NCBI GenBank assembly: GCA_037129495.1
Contig: JBAXUW010000004.1
Location: 1 to 50,568 of the forward strand
From: Planctomycetota bacterium
Lineage (GTDB): Bacteria > Planctomycetota > Planctomycetia > Pirellulales > UBA1268
Direction: 5' to 3'
Length of the DNA: 50,568 nucleotides
Below are positions 29,601 through 37,714 of the stretch, one piece after another; positions within the stretch are counted from its first letter, which is position 1; every line of letters starts with the position of its first letter. The translations under genes were made by a program, and so were the position numbers. The notes under the pieces were generated by a model, which saw nothing but the letters and a program-made list of their open reading frames with translations, made no database searches and had not been told where the DNA came from.

Positions 29601-30808
29601 CGGGTCCGCGTGAGCTGTTCCAGGTGTTCGGTGCGATCGGCGGCCAACTTCTCCAGCCGCGCAGGGTATTTCTGTGCGGCCGCCTCGAGTGTGGTGGCTT
29701 TCTTTTTCTCGATCTTCGCGACGGCGTCGTTGTATTTTGTTTCGAGATCCGCGTTTTGCTGATCGCGTTTTCCAACGCCCGCAGTGATGTCTGCCGCGTC
29801 CTTGCTTTTGCGTTGCTGCGTCTCCTCGACAAACGTGGCGTCGAGCTTCACGAGTTGGGCGTCGTGCCGCTTTTTCACATAAACAGTGGTGGCGGCAAGG
29901 CACTGCCGCGTCTGGTCGATCGAGCGTGCGAGTTCGGTCCGCAGAGCCGTGGCCTGTTCACGGGCGGCCCGTCGCAACCGGCCGATCTGCCAAAGCCCAA
30001 GCCCCATGCCGATTCCCGCGATCGTGACCAGCCCCGCGCCGGCGGCTACCGCCTTGGTGGACAGAGCCTCAGGGAGCGTGCCTGGCGTGAAGAAGAAGGC
30101 CGCCGCCGCGGCGATGAGCCCCAGCAAGAGTGGCAGCAGAATCGCAGCGGCCCGGGTGCTGCTGGAGAATGCTCTGGCCACTGTCTTGAGGCCGACGAGC
30201 GCGGCGAGTTTTTCAGCCACGGCCTTCCGGAGCTGTTCGAGCGTCGTGAGCAGCGCCGACCCCGTAGGCAGTGGCTCGGCGGCGGTCGCGGGCTCTATGG
30301 ACGGGGCTGACTTGATGCCGCAGGCGGTCAAAACACTCAGGCTGCGGGCATCAGCCTCGTCGAGCTGGTTGCCCGTGTCGGCGAGTTCTTTTTCAGCCCG
30401 CCGGAGAATCTTTGCCGGTTCCTTCCGCTTCTCCTTGAAGACCTCTTTCGACGAATTCTCTTCATACTGGGCATCTTCCTTGAGCTGCTGGGCCTGTTTC
30501 TCCCAGGCGCGGGCGATCGTCGCGGCCAGACCCTTCCGCTGGGTGCTGAGCTTAACGAGATCGGCGGCCGCCTCGCTGGTGGCCTTGTCGATCACCGCGG
30601 CCTGTTCACGGCGGGTCGCATCACTCTCCCGGACGTACTTCTCCTCCACCGACGTTATAGAGGCAGCGGCCTGCGCTTGCGCGGCTGCGGTCTCCGTCTC
30701 GTGTTCCAAGGTGATGTCGCGCTCAAGTTGGCTGCGGACGGAGGCGGCTTGGCGGAGGCGGTTTACCTGCTCACGAAGCAGTTGGAGGTCGTAGGCGTTG
30801 TGGCTCAC
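26669..30808 (-). CDS. membrane-anchored FtsK/SpoIIIE-domain ATPase (EccC/EssC-like)
   Basis: HALIAGKTGSGKST Walker A, YLIDFKKGVEF, LLIIDEFQE Walker B, QGRAFGMHVILGSQ; two TM helices between coiled coils; GTG start estimated. Confidence 0.88.
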   Translation of the reverse strand: MSHNAYDLQLLREQVNRLRQAASVRSQLERDITLEHETETAAAQAQAAASITSVEEKYVRESDATRREQAAVIDKATSEAAADLVKLSTQRKGLAATIARAWEKQAQQLKEDAQYEENSSKEVFKEKRKEPAKILRRAEKELADTGNQLDEADARSLSVLTACGIKSAPSIEPATAAEPLPTGSALLTTLEQLRKAVAEKLAALVGLKTVARAFSSSTRAAAILLPLLLGLIAAAAAFFFTPGTLPEALSTKAVAAGAGLVTIAGIGMGLGLWQIGRLRRAAREQATALRTELARSIDQTRQCLAATTVYVKKRHDAQLVKLDATFVEETQQRKSKDAADITAGVGKRDQQNADLETKYNDAVAKIEKKKATTLEAAAQKYPARLEKLAADRTEHLEQLTRTRDERLVSAERNRDDRWREMTEAWQTARTETAASYDEANLIDAAAFLPWNELARDEVPLPTASPPGLRFGQLSLSLEKMPGGVSSRPALNAFGPTAWTQPALMPFPVGASLLIKTTGDQKETASDMMQALMLRIATGIPAGQSRFTIIDPLGLGKQFAGFMHLADYDELLVTSRIWTEPPQIEQCLADITEQIELVIQKYLRNEYHSIGDYNAIAEVPEPYRFVVVANFPANFTETSARRLASIAASGARCGVYTIVSIDTSQHMPSNFSANDIEKYATALTLKDGVYTWNDPEFGKWPLTVEQAPSDELFTQIIQRVGKAAKAAKRVEVPFDRVAPKEEDWWTGSTASEVLAPLGPAGAKKTQYMKLGKGTSQHALIAGKTGSGKSTLMHALITSLALNYSPNEIQFYLIDFKKGVEFKLYDHYKLPHARVIAIESEREFGLSVLEQLDRELKRRGDVFREFAVQDVAGFRNASKSEPMPRILLIIDEFQEIFVEDDKIAQDATLILDRLVRQGRAFGMHVILGSQTLGGSYSLPRATMGQMAVRVALQCNEADSSLILSEDNTAARLLTRPGEAIYNDANGMVAGNNPFQVVFLNDERRERYLGALRRLADRRTDIPTLPRMVFDGNEAADPAGNPLLAELLRAGTVGGKSQTPPLAWLGDAIAIKDPTAAIFRRQGGANLLIVGQREDLAVSLLAMSMVSLAASHDPFHGGALGRAARLVVFEPAIAEEKPDLLLSKLVPSFPHEIEMVGRLAVGDAMQRLADEVRRRIDEQVLDGEAVYVIIRDLARFRELRRNENDFGYSSPGGEQKATPAQNLGTLLKDGPPVGVHLLIWCDSLTNLQRTFERGTLKEFELRVLFQMSGSDSSQLVDSPAAVKLGPQRALFIHEETGTLEKFRPYAFPTAEWLASVSATMRARPQGTPSDRPTAAAVQPTVGGAGDNFGFALKGGFGDDDFNFAKLLDEPSAEDAPPADPQP

Positions 30809-30907
30809 AGCGGCGGATCCAAAGGGACTAAGGAACGGGAGGGATGGAAATATCTGCTTCGGAGGTGACTGCCCAGGGCATCCTTGCGACGCAGTCTGCC
30901 GTCTTTC

Positions 30908-30981
30908 GTGGGATAAGTTTCCAACTTGTCCGCTTCGTCTTCGTCTTTTTCGGCACGTTGGGAAACTCGTCTCCACGGGGG
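30908..30981. repeat. REP-like paired repeat (A + inverted B)
   Basis: GTGGGATAAGTTTCCAACTTGTCC...GGCACGTTGGGAAACTCGTCTCCACGGGGG. Confidence 0.75.
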
Positions 30982-31027
30982 TCTGCTGAACGGTGGCGTC
31001 AGCAGGGCGGGAAAATCGATCGGGGTG

Positions 31028-31258
31028 TCAATCATCGACGTCGTTAACATCTCGGCTGGCTCGGGCGAGCACCTCGGCCAGCCGCCCGATTGCCTCAAGC
31101 GTTTCCTTGACCCGCGGAGTCAGGGGCTCGATGTGCTCCTTGTGAAAGGCCCTGCTGGTGGAATCGTCCCAAGTGTCACGGGCCGCCTCCCACTTCAAGT
31201 GGAGTGTCTTCAGGGCGAGTGCCAGTTTCGCCGCACCGCCGGAGAGATCGCCCCTCAT
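31028..31258 (-). CDS. small WXG100-like helical hairpin protein
   Basis: 76 aa; amphipathic helices around W..ARDTWDD..SRAF; ATGA overlap with the upstream gene. Confidence 0.7.
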   Translation of the reverse strand: MRGDLSGGAAKLALALKTLHLKWEAARDTWDDSTSRAFHKEHIEPLTPRVKETLEAIGRLAEVLARASRDVNDVDD

Positions 31259-31884
31259 GCCCGGCCTCTGGCTCGATCGGCCGGTGGGGCTTGCGGCGCG
31301 GCAGCAGGCAACGCGTGGCCACCCACAATCTCATCCACAGGTCGGGCGACCGACGCTTCCGTGCCGCTTCCAGCACCGGTGCCGGCACCGCCAGCCGGCG
31401 ACGCTGTATGAGTGTAATGGTCGAGCGCGCGAAGCATTCGCTCTAGACGTGCTAGCGCCTTGGGGCAGTCGATGTCGATCACCTCGCGAAAGCGGGTGAG
31501 CCGCACGCCTGTTTCCTGCGTCTGCTGTCGTACGACCGGCGTCCACTTCCGCACCGCCTCTTCCTTCCGCTCGGCGCGGGCCAGCCGGTGCTTGGCCTTT
31601 TCCAAAACCTTCTTTTCCTCGTTGCAGGCCGGCGTAGTGTCGCCCACCTTCTTATAGGTGCGGCAGTGCTGCAGGTCTTTCATCGCCTGATTGACTGCCT
31701 CAGCCGCCCGCCGGACCTCCGTCTTCCAGTAGGCGGCCTGATCGATGCAGATCCAGTCGGATATTCGCTGCGACTGCATCTCGACCTCGCCGAGAGCCTG
31801 GCCGCTCTCATGGGCAAACGCAGCGAGCGCCGCCTTGACAAAGGCGAGCGTATCGATCGATTTGACTTCAGCCTGCGTTGACAT
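31255..31884 (-). CDS. helical hypothetical protein of the WXG100/FtsK locus
   Basis: About 209 aa coiled-coil-like sequence, CRTY...PAC, low-complexity tail; sits between the two WXG100-like genes. Confidence 0.7.
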   Translation of the reverse strand: MSTQAEVKSIDTLAFVKAALAAFAHESGQALGEVEMQSQRISDWICIDQAAYWKTEVRRAAEAVNQAMKDLQHCRTYKKVGDTTPACNEEKKVLEKAKHRLARAERKEEAVRKWTPVVRQQTQETGVRLTRFREVIDIDCPKALARLERMLRALDHYTHTASPAGGAGTGAGSGTEASVARPVDEIVGGHALPAAAPQAPPADRARGRA

Positions 31885-31910
31885 GAAATAAATTCCTGGA
31901 TTTGCTGGCG

Positions 31911-32183
31911 TCAACGCTGCTGTTGGTATTCTTCGACCCGCTCTGCCTTGCGGATGAGGTAGGGAACATAATCTTCGGTGGCTTCGACGAAGCGAGCGAA
32001 GGTACTGAGTTGCTGCTCAAACTCCTCCGTAAACTTCTGCTGTTCTTGGTCGCGCCAGGTGGAGCTCAGGGCCGCCAGTTGCCGCTGCACACCCTGCATC
32101 TGGGCCATGACTTCGGTGCTGAAAAAACGCAGTCGCGACGCAAACCGCCGTAGCTCCTGCGGATCGACGATGACCTGTCCCAT
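31911..32183 (-). CDS. WXG100 family (ESAT-6-like) protein
   Basis: 90 aa; MGQVIVDPQELRRFA...LSSTWRDQEQQKF...LIRKAERVEEY, classic VdPeeL start and central W-x-(G/D) turn. Confidence 0.88.
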   Translation of the reverse strand: MGQVIVDPQELRRFASRLRFFSTEVMAQMQGVQRQLAALSSTWRDQEQQKFTEEFEQQLSTFARFVEATEDYVPYLIRKAERVEEYQQQR

Positions 32184-32435
32184 GTTGTGGATCCTCTCTT
32201 CGGGGCGGCCGCTCCCGCCGCGATTGAACGTGTTGGTCTGAATCCGCCGGGGGGGAACCGTTTCACACCCTCCCTTCATCGTATCGATTTCAAGCCAAAA
32301 ACGCACCGGCGGTAGCTGGGGTTTTGGCCGACGCTGTGGGCTGCTGTGCGATTCGCGGGCCGGGGCGTAGACTCACGGTGTGAACGGATCGGAAAACCGA
32401 ACAGGTTTTCCATATTTCAGGGAGCCCCCGCGACG

Positions 32436-33338
32436 ATGCAACCCACCGCCCCGCCAAGTTCCATCGCCCCGGCAGCCGGCCGCCCCGGCCAACACGCCAG
32501 CCCGCAGACCAGCAGCGAGGTCTCGACGTCGCCGACCACCGGTTGGCACGTGAGCCATCTCTTTTACAGGTTTGACCGGGCGAAGCTGGCCGCGCTCTCG
32601 CCGCAGCAACGGGCGGAGGGAATCCGGCTCTTTCACGAGGCGCTCGATCCGGCCGGTCCGTTGGCTCCCACCCGCCTGCAGACCTGGCTGGTTCCCGGCC
32701 ACAAGGCTGACTTCGGCGTGATGGCGATGGATCCCGCGCCGCTGAAAGTCGACGGCGTGCATCAGCGGCTCCTGGCCGGCCCGCTTGGGCAGGTGATCGA
32801 GCCGACCTATTCATTCGTGGGCCTGACTGAGGTCAGCGAATACGTGCCGACCGTCGAACAGTTCGGTGAGCGGCTGATTGTGGAAGGGGAGACCCGCGAC
32901 AGCCCCACCTGGAACGCCAAGGTGCAGGGCTACGCCGGTCGTGAAGACCACATGCGGAAGGCGCGGCTCGAGCCGGAGCTACCGCCGTGGCCCAACGCCT
33001 GTTTCTATCCGATGAATAAGAAGCGAAAGGTCGGTGAGAACTGGTTTGCACTGCCCATGGCCGAACGCAGCCGACTGATGCAAGAGCATGGCCGAACGGG
33101 CATGACGTTTGGCGGCCGTGTCACACAGCTGATCACCGTAAGTGTGGGCCTCGACGACTGGGAGTGGGGCGTGACACTCTGGGCCCGCCGGCCTGAGTTT
33201 CTCAAAGAGATCGTGTATACGATGCGGTTTGACGAGGCGAGCGCGCGGTATGCCGAGTTTGGACCGTTCTACACGGGCTATGTCAGCACGCCTGCCGAGA
33301 TTCTTGCCCACTGCCACGTGGCCTCAAGCGAGAGATAG
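32436..33338 (+). CDS. chdC: coproheme decarboxylase / chlorite dismutase family (ChdC/HemQ)
   Basis: GHKADF, FYPMNKKR, NWFALP...ERSRLMQEHG, GLDDWEWGVTL, MRFDEASARYAEFGPF. Confidence 0.85.
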   Translation: MQPTAPPSSIAPAAGRPGQHASPQTSSEVSTSPTTGWHVSHLFYRFDRAKLAALSPQQRAEGIRLFHEALDPAGPLAPTRLQTWLVPGHKADFGVMAMDPAPLKVDGVHQRLLAGPLGQVIEPTYSFVGLTEVSEYVPTVEQFGERLIVEGETRDSPTWNAKVQGYAGREDHMRKARLEPELPPWPNACFYPMNKKRKVGENWFALPMAERSRLMQEHGRTGMTFGGRVTQLITVSVGLDDWEWGVTLWARRPEFLKEIVYTMRFDEASARYAEFGPFYTGYVSTPAEILAHCHVASSER

Positions 33339-33413
33339 GGTCTGTCGGATGAGGTGTCTGCCTCGGGCCAACGGAGGTTGGCAACTGATTCCTTAGCCGG
33401 GTAGACTTTCGGC

Positions 33414-34082
33414 ATGTCGTCCAGCCCCACAGAACGTGTTTCCGTCGCAGCCGAAGCCGTCGCCGAAGGGTCTGACAAGGCACTGTTGACTGCTGGGATC
33501 GTAACGTTTGGCTTCGACGTGCTCGATCGAGTGGAACAGGCGGTGGCCATGGTCAAGGAACGACTGAAACGGGCGGTGGCGGCCTTGGAGGCTGCAGGCA
33601 TCCCTTACGCCGTTGTGGGCGGGCATGCCGTGGCTGCCTGGGTCTCGCGGATCGATCCGGCGGCTGTGCGAACCACAGTCGATGTCGATATCCTCCTCGA
33701 CCGGCCTGATCTCGAGAGGGCGAAGACGGCCCTGGAGAAGGTTGGCTTCGTTCACTCCTTCACATTTGGAATCGATAGTTTTGTCGATGGGCCGCAGGGC
33801 AAGGCCCGCGAGGCGGTGCACATCCTCTATGCCGGCGAACGGGTGAAGCCGATTGATGCGGTGCCCGCCCCCGATCTGGCTTCGGCCGAGCAGTTTGAGG
33901 GTTATCGGATCATGGGGCTCGATCGACTGATCGGCATGAAGCTTACTGCATTTCGGCTCAAGGATCGTGTCCATCTGCTGGACATGATTGAGGTCGGCCT
34001 GATCGACACGGCAACGCTCGACCGCCTCCCGTTGCCCCTGCGGCCGCGGCTCGAGCAAGTGCTCAACGATCCGCAAGGCTGA
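33414..34082 (+). CDS. predicted nucleotidyltransferase (Pol-beta/AbiEii-like)
   Basis: YAVVGGHAV...RTTVDVDILL, MKLTAFRLKDRVH. Confidence 0.7.
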   Translation: MSSSPTERVSVAAEAVAEGSDKALLTAGIVTFGFDVLDRVEQAVAMVKERLKRAVAALEAAGIPYAVVGGHAVAAWVSRIDPAAVRTTVDVDILLDRPDLERAKTALEKVGFVHSFTFGIDSFVDGPQGKAREAVHILYAGERVKPIDAVPAPDLASAEQFEGYRIMGLDRLIGMKLTAFRLKDRVHLLDMIEVGLIDTATLDRLPLPLRPRLEQVLNDPQG

Positions 34083-34095
34083 TTGGATTTTCCGG

Positions 34096-34124
34096 CCCCC
34101 GTGGGATACGTTTTCCAACTTGCC
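34096..34124 (+). repeat. REP-like repeat, type A
   Basis: CCCCCGTGGGATACGTTTTCCAACTTGCC between convergent genes. Confidence 0.75.
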
Positions 34125-34160
34125 AAAGGAAGATTCAATCGTCCCGCTCGCGAGGAACGT

Positions 34161-34898
34161 CTATTTTCCAGCCTCGAGGATCATGTCGACTTCCGTGCCG
34201 CGGGCCGGTACGCGGCCTTCAAAGGCCTCGAAGAGCAACGCCTCGTTCGATTGCGAACTCTCGATCGGCAGGTCGAGCATCGCCGTGGGAAAGTTCGACA
34301 GGCAGACGAGATCGCCGCCGTCGGCCTGGTAGTAGTCTTTACCGTCCGACGGATCGGTCCAGAATACGCTGCCGGCAAACACCCAGTCTTCTCGCATCGG
34401 CTTGCCTGTGCGGGTGTCGCGGATCCACTGCTGGGCGGGGAGATCCTGCGTCTTGCCCTGCTCATCTTTCCACCGCATGGTGATGCGAACCACCGGCCCG
34501 GTGGCCGCCACATAGTCTGGGTCAAACGACACCGGCTTGCCCGGCACAAGGCCGACGGCGAGGAGAGCCGCGTGCACGAGTTGGGCGGTCGACCGCGTGC
34601 CCACAATCGACTCATGCTCCTTCGTGCCGTGCGGGCAGGCGAAATACTCGATTGGCCCTTTTTCAACCGCGATTTCTCCCCCCACGATCACCCGCTTGCC
34701 GGCCGCATCAATCCAGACCTCTTCTTTGGGGGAGAGTTGCTTGAGTTCTGGGTGGCGATTGACGCGGGCCGGTGCCGCGGGCTCTGGCGTCGGCGGCTCT
34801 GCCCCGTTCGCCGGCAGCGCCAGCAAGAGAAAGGCTCCGACGGTCCCCAGAAAGTTTGAAATCAGAGAGTGTGAAATCCGAAAGAGTGTCGTGTCCAT
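34161..34898 (-). CDS. YdjY domain-containing exported protein
   Basis: EYFAC..GTKEHES, VHAALLAVG..PG.P, WVFAGS, CLSNF; signal-like N-terminus. Confidence 0.75.
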   Translation of the reverse strand: MDTTLFRISHSLISNFLGTVGAFLLLALPANGAEPPTPEPAAPARVNRHPELKQLSPKEEVWIDAAGKRVIVGGEIAVEKGPIEYFACPHGTKEHESIVGTRSTAQLVHAALLAVGLVPGKPVSFDPDYVAATGPVVRITMRWKDEQGKTQDLPAQQWIRDTRTGKPMREDWVFAGSVFWTDPSDGKDYYQADGGDLVCLSNFPTAMLDLPIESSQSNEALLFEAFEGRVPARGTEVDMILEAGK

Positions 34899-35023
34899 AA
34901 GCGAGGAAGGCCGGGGTCGTGGATGCCGAGGCTCGAGTGAGGTACCATACTCGACCTTCACGGCCGGTGCGAATCCGGGCCCGCCGCAGACTCTTTCCCA
35001 GGCACGGACGGAAGCACGAAATC

Positions 35024-36925
35024 ATGGTCTCAACGAACATCAGCCAGATGCAAAACGGGAAGCCTAGCAAGGCCAACAAAAAGAGCGGCAAGCGGGGCAA
35101 GGCTCCAGCCGAGCAGCTTTCGCTGGATGAAATCGTGGAAGCTGCCCAACGGGGGGCCGAGGCTACGCCGCCGGCAGGCCCGCCCAGCACTGTCGCCCGC
35201 ACGCCGGTGAAGGTGAGCGCTGCCCGAGCCGCCGCCCGGATTTGTGGACTGGCCGACGTGAGTGAGTCGCTTGATGTTCGTCGCCAGCTACGGCGGCTGG
35301 CGCGGCAGATCGAGAAGGGTTCGTACAACGCGCAGCACATGGCGTTTCTTGAGACTGCGATCAGCGACTGTCTCGAGGACGCCAGTGCAACGGCTGGAGA
35401 CCGCCAGCGCTGGCTCCTCTGCGAGGCGGCCACGTGGGGCCTCGCCTGGATGGCACGCACTCGCCGCGCGGGCGGCTCGGCGGGCGGGCTGCTGGAGCGG
35501 CTCGTGAAGGCCGCGCGATCGGCGCAACCTTCGCTCGCCGAGGGCGACACGCTCGCGGCCCGGTCTGTGCTGACGCTGGCCCGTCTCTTCTGCGATATCG
35601 AAGCCTGCCGCTGCCTAGAGCGTGATGCCGCGACGGCCCTCACTACCGAGATTGACCGACTCGTATCGGCCGAGGGGGTGGTGAACCTGCGGGGATCAGC
35701 GGCGGTGGTTGAGCGGGTGGCGCGGTGGTGCTCGGTGCGGGATGTCGCGCAGGCGACCGGCTCCGTGGCCTGGGACGCAGTCACTGAAAAACTTCTGGTG
35801 AAGTCGGTGGCGACAACTCTGCGACTGCTCGGCGGCCAGGGCCGCCTCCTTGTGGGCGCGGGCCGGATGCCGGCGGCGTTTTCCGATCCGGTGCTCGCGG
35901 TAGCTGCGGATGGAGGCCATAAGCGGGTGCGGCAGACAGCTGAAGCGATGCAAAAGTCGTCGCGGCTCAGCAAGTCGGTCCGGCTGAAAAAGCATGAGAA
36001 TAATCGCGATGATACGCCTGACGATAACCCCGACAAACTGCTACCGCGGGATCTGCACGATGCCACTGCGGCCGTGGCGATCATTCGCTCGGGCTGGAAG
36101 CGGAATGAAATTCGCGTGATGCTTGCATACCGCGACGCCGTGCCCTACCTAGAAATCGCCGTCGGTGATCGGCTGCTCGTCGAGGGTCCGTGGCAGTGGC
36201 GGGCCTCCAAGGGTGGACAGCCGCTTGAGGCGGAGGGCCCGTGGACGCTCTCCTGCTGGGAGTCGGATCAGAAGGCGACCTATCTTGAGATCATCGCACC
36301 GCTGGCCGGCGGCCTGCAACTCGATCGACAGATTGTCCTCTTGCCGCAGGATCGAATCGTGCTCTTGGCCGACGCAATCACGCAGCGCAGCGACGACCGT
36401 ACCGGCGACGCTCTGCCGGAGCCGCTCCGGTCGCATGCCAACAGCGGGCTGCGGATTCAGTCGTTGTTGCCACTCGCGGCGTCGCTCGAACGCGAGCCGG
36501 CCGATGAGACACGCGAGATCCTTATTTACGACACGAAGCCGAGGCTGATGGTGCTGCCGCTGTCGCTGCCGGAGTGGAAGTCCGCCGGCCGCGGGAGCTT
36601 TACAGCCACGCCAGAGGGCCTGGCGATCGACCATCAGACGGCCGGTAGCCGGTGTTATGCACCGCTCTGGCTCGACTTCGATCCAGAGCGTCAGGGACGG
36701 CCACTCACGTGGCGGCAGCTGACCGTGGCCGACACACGGCAGAACCTGCCGCCGCAGCAGGCCGTGGGCTTCCGTGTGCAGGTGGGGCTCGACCAGTGGC
36801 TGGTCTACCGCACGCTCGACGAGGCCCGCAACCGCACCGTTCTCGGCTGCAATATCTCGTGTGGCTTTGTGGCGGGCCGGATCGACAAGACAGGCGTCGT
36901 GGACCGCGCGATCGAGATCGACTGA
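35024..36925 (+). CDS. conserved hypothetical protein (possibly heparinase II/III-like fold)
   Basis: Long ORF; helical N-half then AIIRSGW and a beta-rich C-half; upstream of yggS. Confidence 0.55.
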   Translation: MVSTNISQMQNGKPSKANKKSGKRGKAPAEQLSLDEIVEAAQRGAEATPPAGPPSTVARTPVKVSAARAAARICGLADVSESLDVRRQLRRLARQIEKGSYNAQHMAFLETAISDCLEDASATAGDRQRWLLCEAATWGLAWMARTRRAGGSAGGLLERLVKAARSAQPSLAEGDTLAARSVLTLARLFCDIEACRCLERDAATALTTEIDRLVSAEGVVNLRGSAAVVERVARWCSVRDVAQATGSVAWDAVTEKLLVKSVATTLRLLGGQGRLLVGAGRMPAAFSDPVLAVAADGGHKRVRQTAEAMQKSSRLSKSVRLKKHENNRDDTPDDNPDKLLPRDLHDATAAVAIIRSGWKRNEIRVMLAYRDAVPYLEIAVGDRLLVEGPWQWRASKGGQPLEAEGPWTLSCWESDQKATYLEIIAPLAGGLQLDRQIVLLPQDRIVLLADAITQRSDDRTGDALPEPLRSHANSGLRIQSLLPLAASLEREPADETREILIYDTKPRLMVLPLSLPEWKSAGRGSFTATPEGLAIDHQTAGSRCYAPLWLDFDPERQGRPLTWRQLTVADTRQNLPPQQAVGFRVQVGLDQWLVYRTLDEARNRTVLGCNISCGFVAGRIDKTGVVDRAIEID

Positions 36926-36953
36926 CCGATCGACGAAACAAGGAGCGAGGTGA

Positions 36954-37685
36954 GTGATGGCCGCTGAAGACGATATCGTCGCGCGGTGCAGGCGCAACCT
37001 CGCGGCGGTGCAGGATCGGATCGCCGCGGCCTGTCGGCAGGCCGGCCGAGATCCCGCCGAAGTGCGGCTGGTTGGCGTCACAAAATATGTCTCCACCGAC
37101 CTGACGCGGATTTTACTTGATGCCGACTGCAGCGATCTAGGCGAGAGTCGGCCGCAGTCGCTCTGGGAGAAGGGGGCGGCGCTCGCCGGTCATGAGCCCC
37201 GGCCGCACTGGCACCTGATTGGCCATCTGCAGCGGAATAAAATCCGTCGTACGCTGCCGCTGCTGACGCTTCTGCACTCGCTTGATAGCGTGCGGCTGGC
37301 TGAGGCGATCGAGGCCGAGGCAGCTCCGGCGGGAATTATCTGCGACACACTTGTGGAAGTGAATCTCACGGGCAATCCGGCCCGGACTGGCGTCATGGAG
37401 GCCGACGTGCCGACGGTCCTTGAGGTGGCGAGCCGCATGGCACATGTGCGGGTCGTGGGTCTGATGGGGATGGCCTCGGAGCCCACTGGGGATGAGCGCG
37501 GGGCCGCGGCCCAGCGGCAGTTTGCCCGGTTACGTGAGCTGCGCGACGAACTCATCGCCCGCATACCAACGCCGACGGGCCTCAGCGAACTCTCGATGGG
37601 GATGAGCGGCGACTTCGAATCAGCGATCCTGGAAGGATCCACGCTCGTGCGAGTCGGCTCGACGCTTTGGGAAGGGATTTCCTGA
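36954..37685 (+). CDS. yggS: PLP homeostasis protein
   Basis: LVGVTKY, LGESRPQ, WHLIGHLQRNK, LSMGMSGDFE.AI.EGST.VRVGS. Confidence 0.95.
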   Translation: MMAAEDDIVARCRRNLAAVQDRIAAACRQAGRDPAEVRLVGVTKYVSTDLTRILLDADCSDLGESRPQSLWEKGAALAGHEPRPHWHLIGHLQRNKIRRTLPLLTLLHSLDSVRLAEAIEAEAAPAGIICDTLVEVNLTGNPARTGVMEADVPTVLEVASRMAHVRVVGLMGMASEPTGDERGAAAQRQFARLRELRDELIARIPTPTGLSELSMGMSGDFESAILEGSTLVRVGSTLWEGIS

Positions 37686-37714
37686 CTGCGGCATTCTTTT
37701 CCACCCATGCGTGA

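Noticed and set aside
26669-30808. Cell-division FtsK or ICE/conjugation ATPase
   Set aside because: No gamma domain, relaxase, integrase or T4SS genes; WXG100 neighbours favour an EccC-like role
30809-30976. N-terminal extension of the FtsK ORF (and similar extensions of thiL and the 33393-34118 ORF)
   Set aside because: Translations such as GQVGNLSH and WKTYP come from REP-like repeats, not coding sequence
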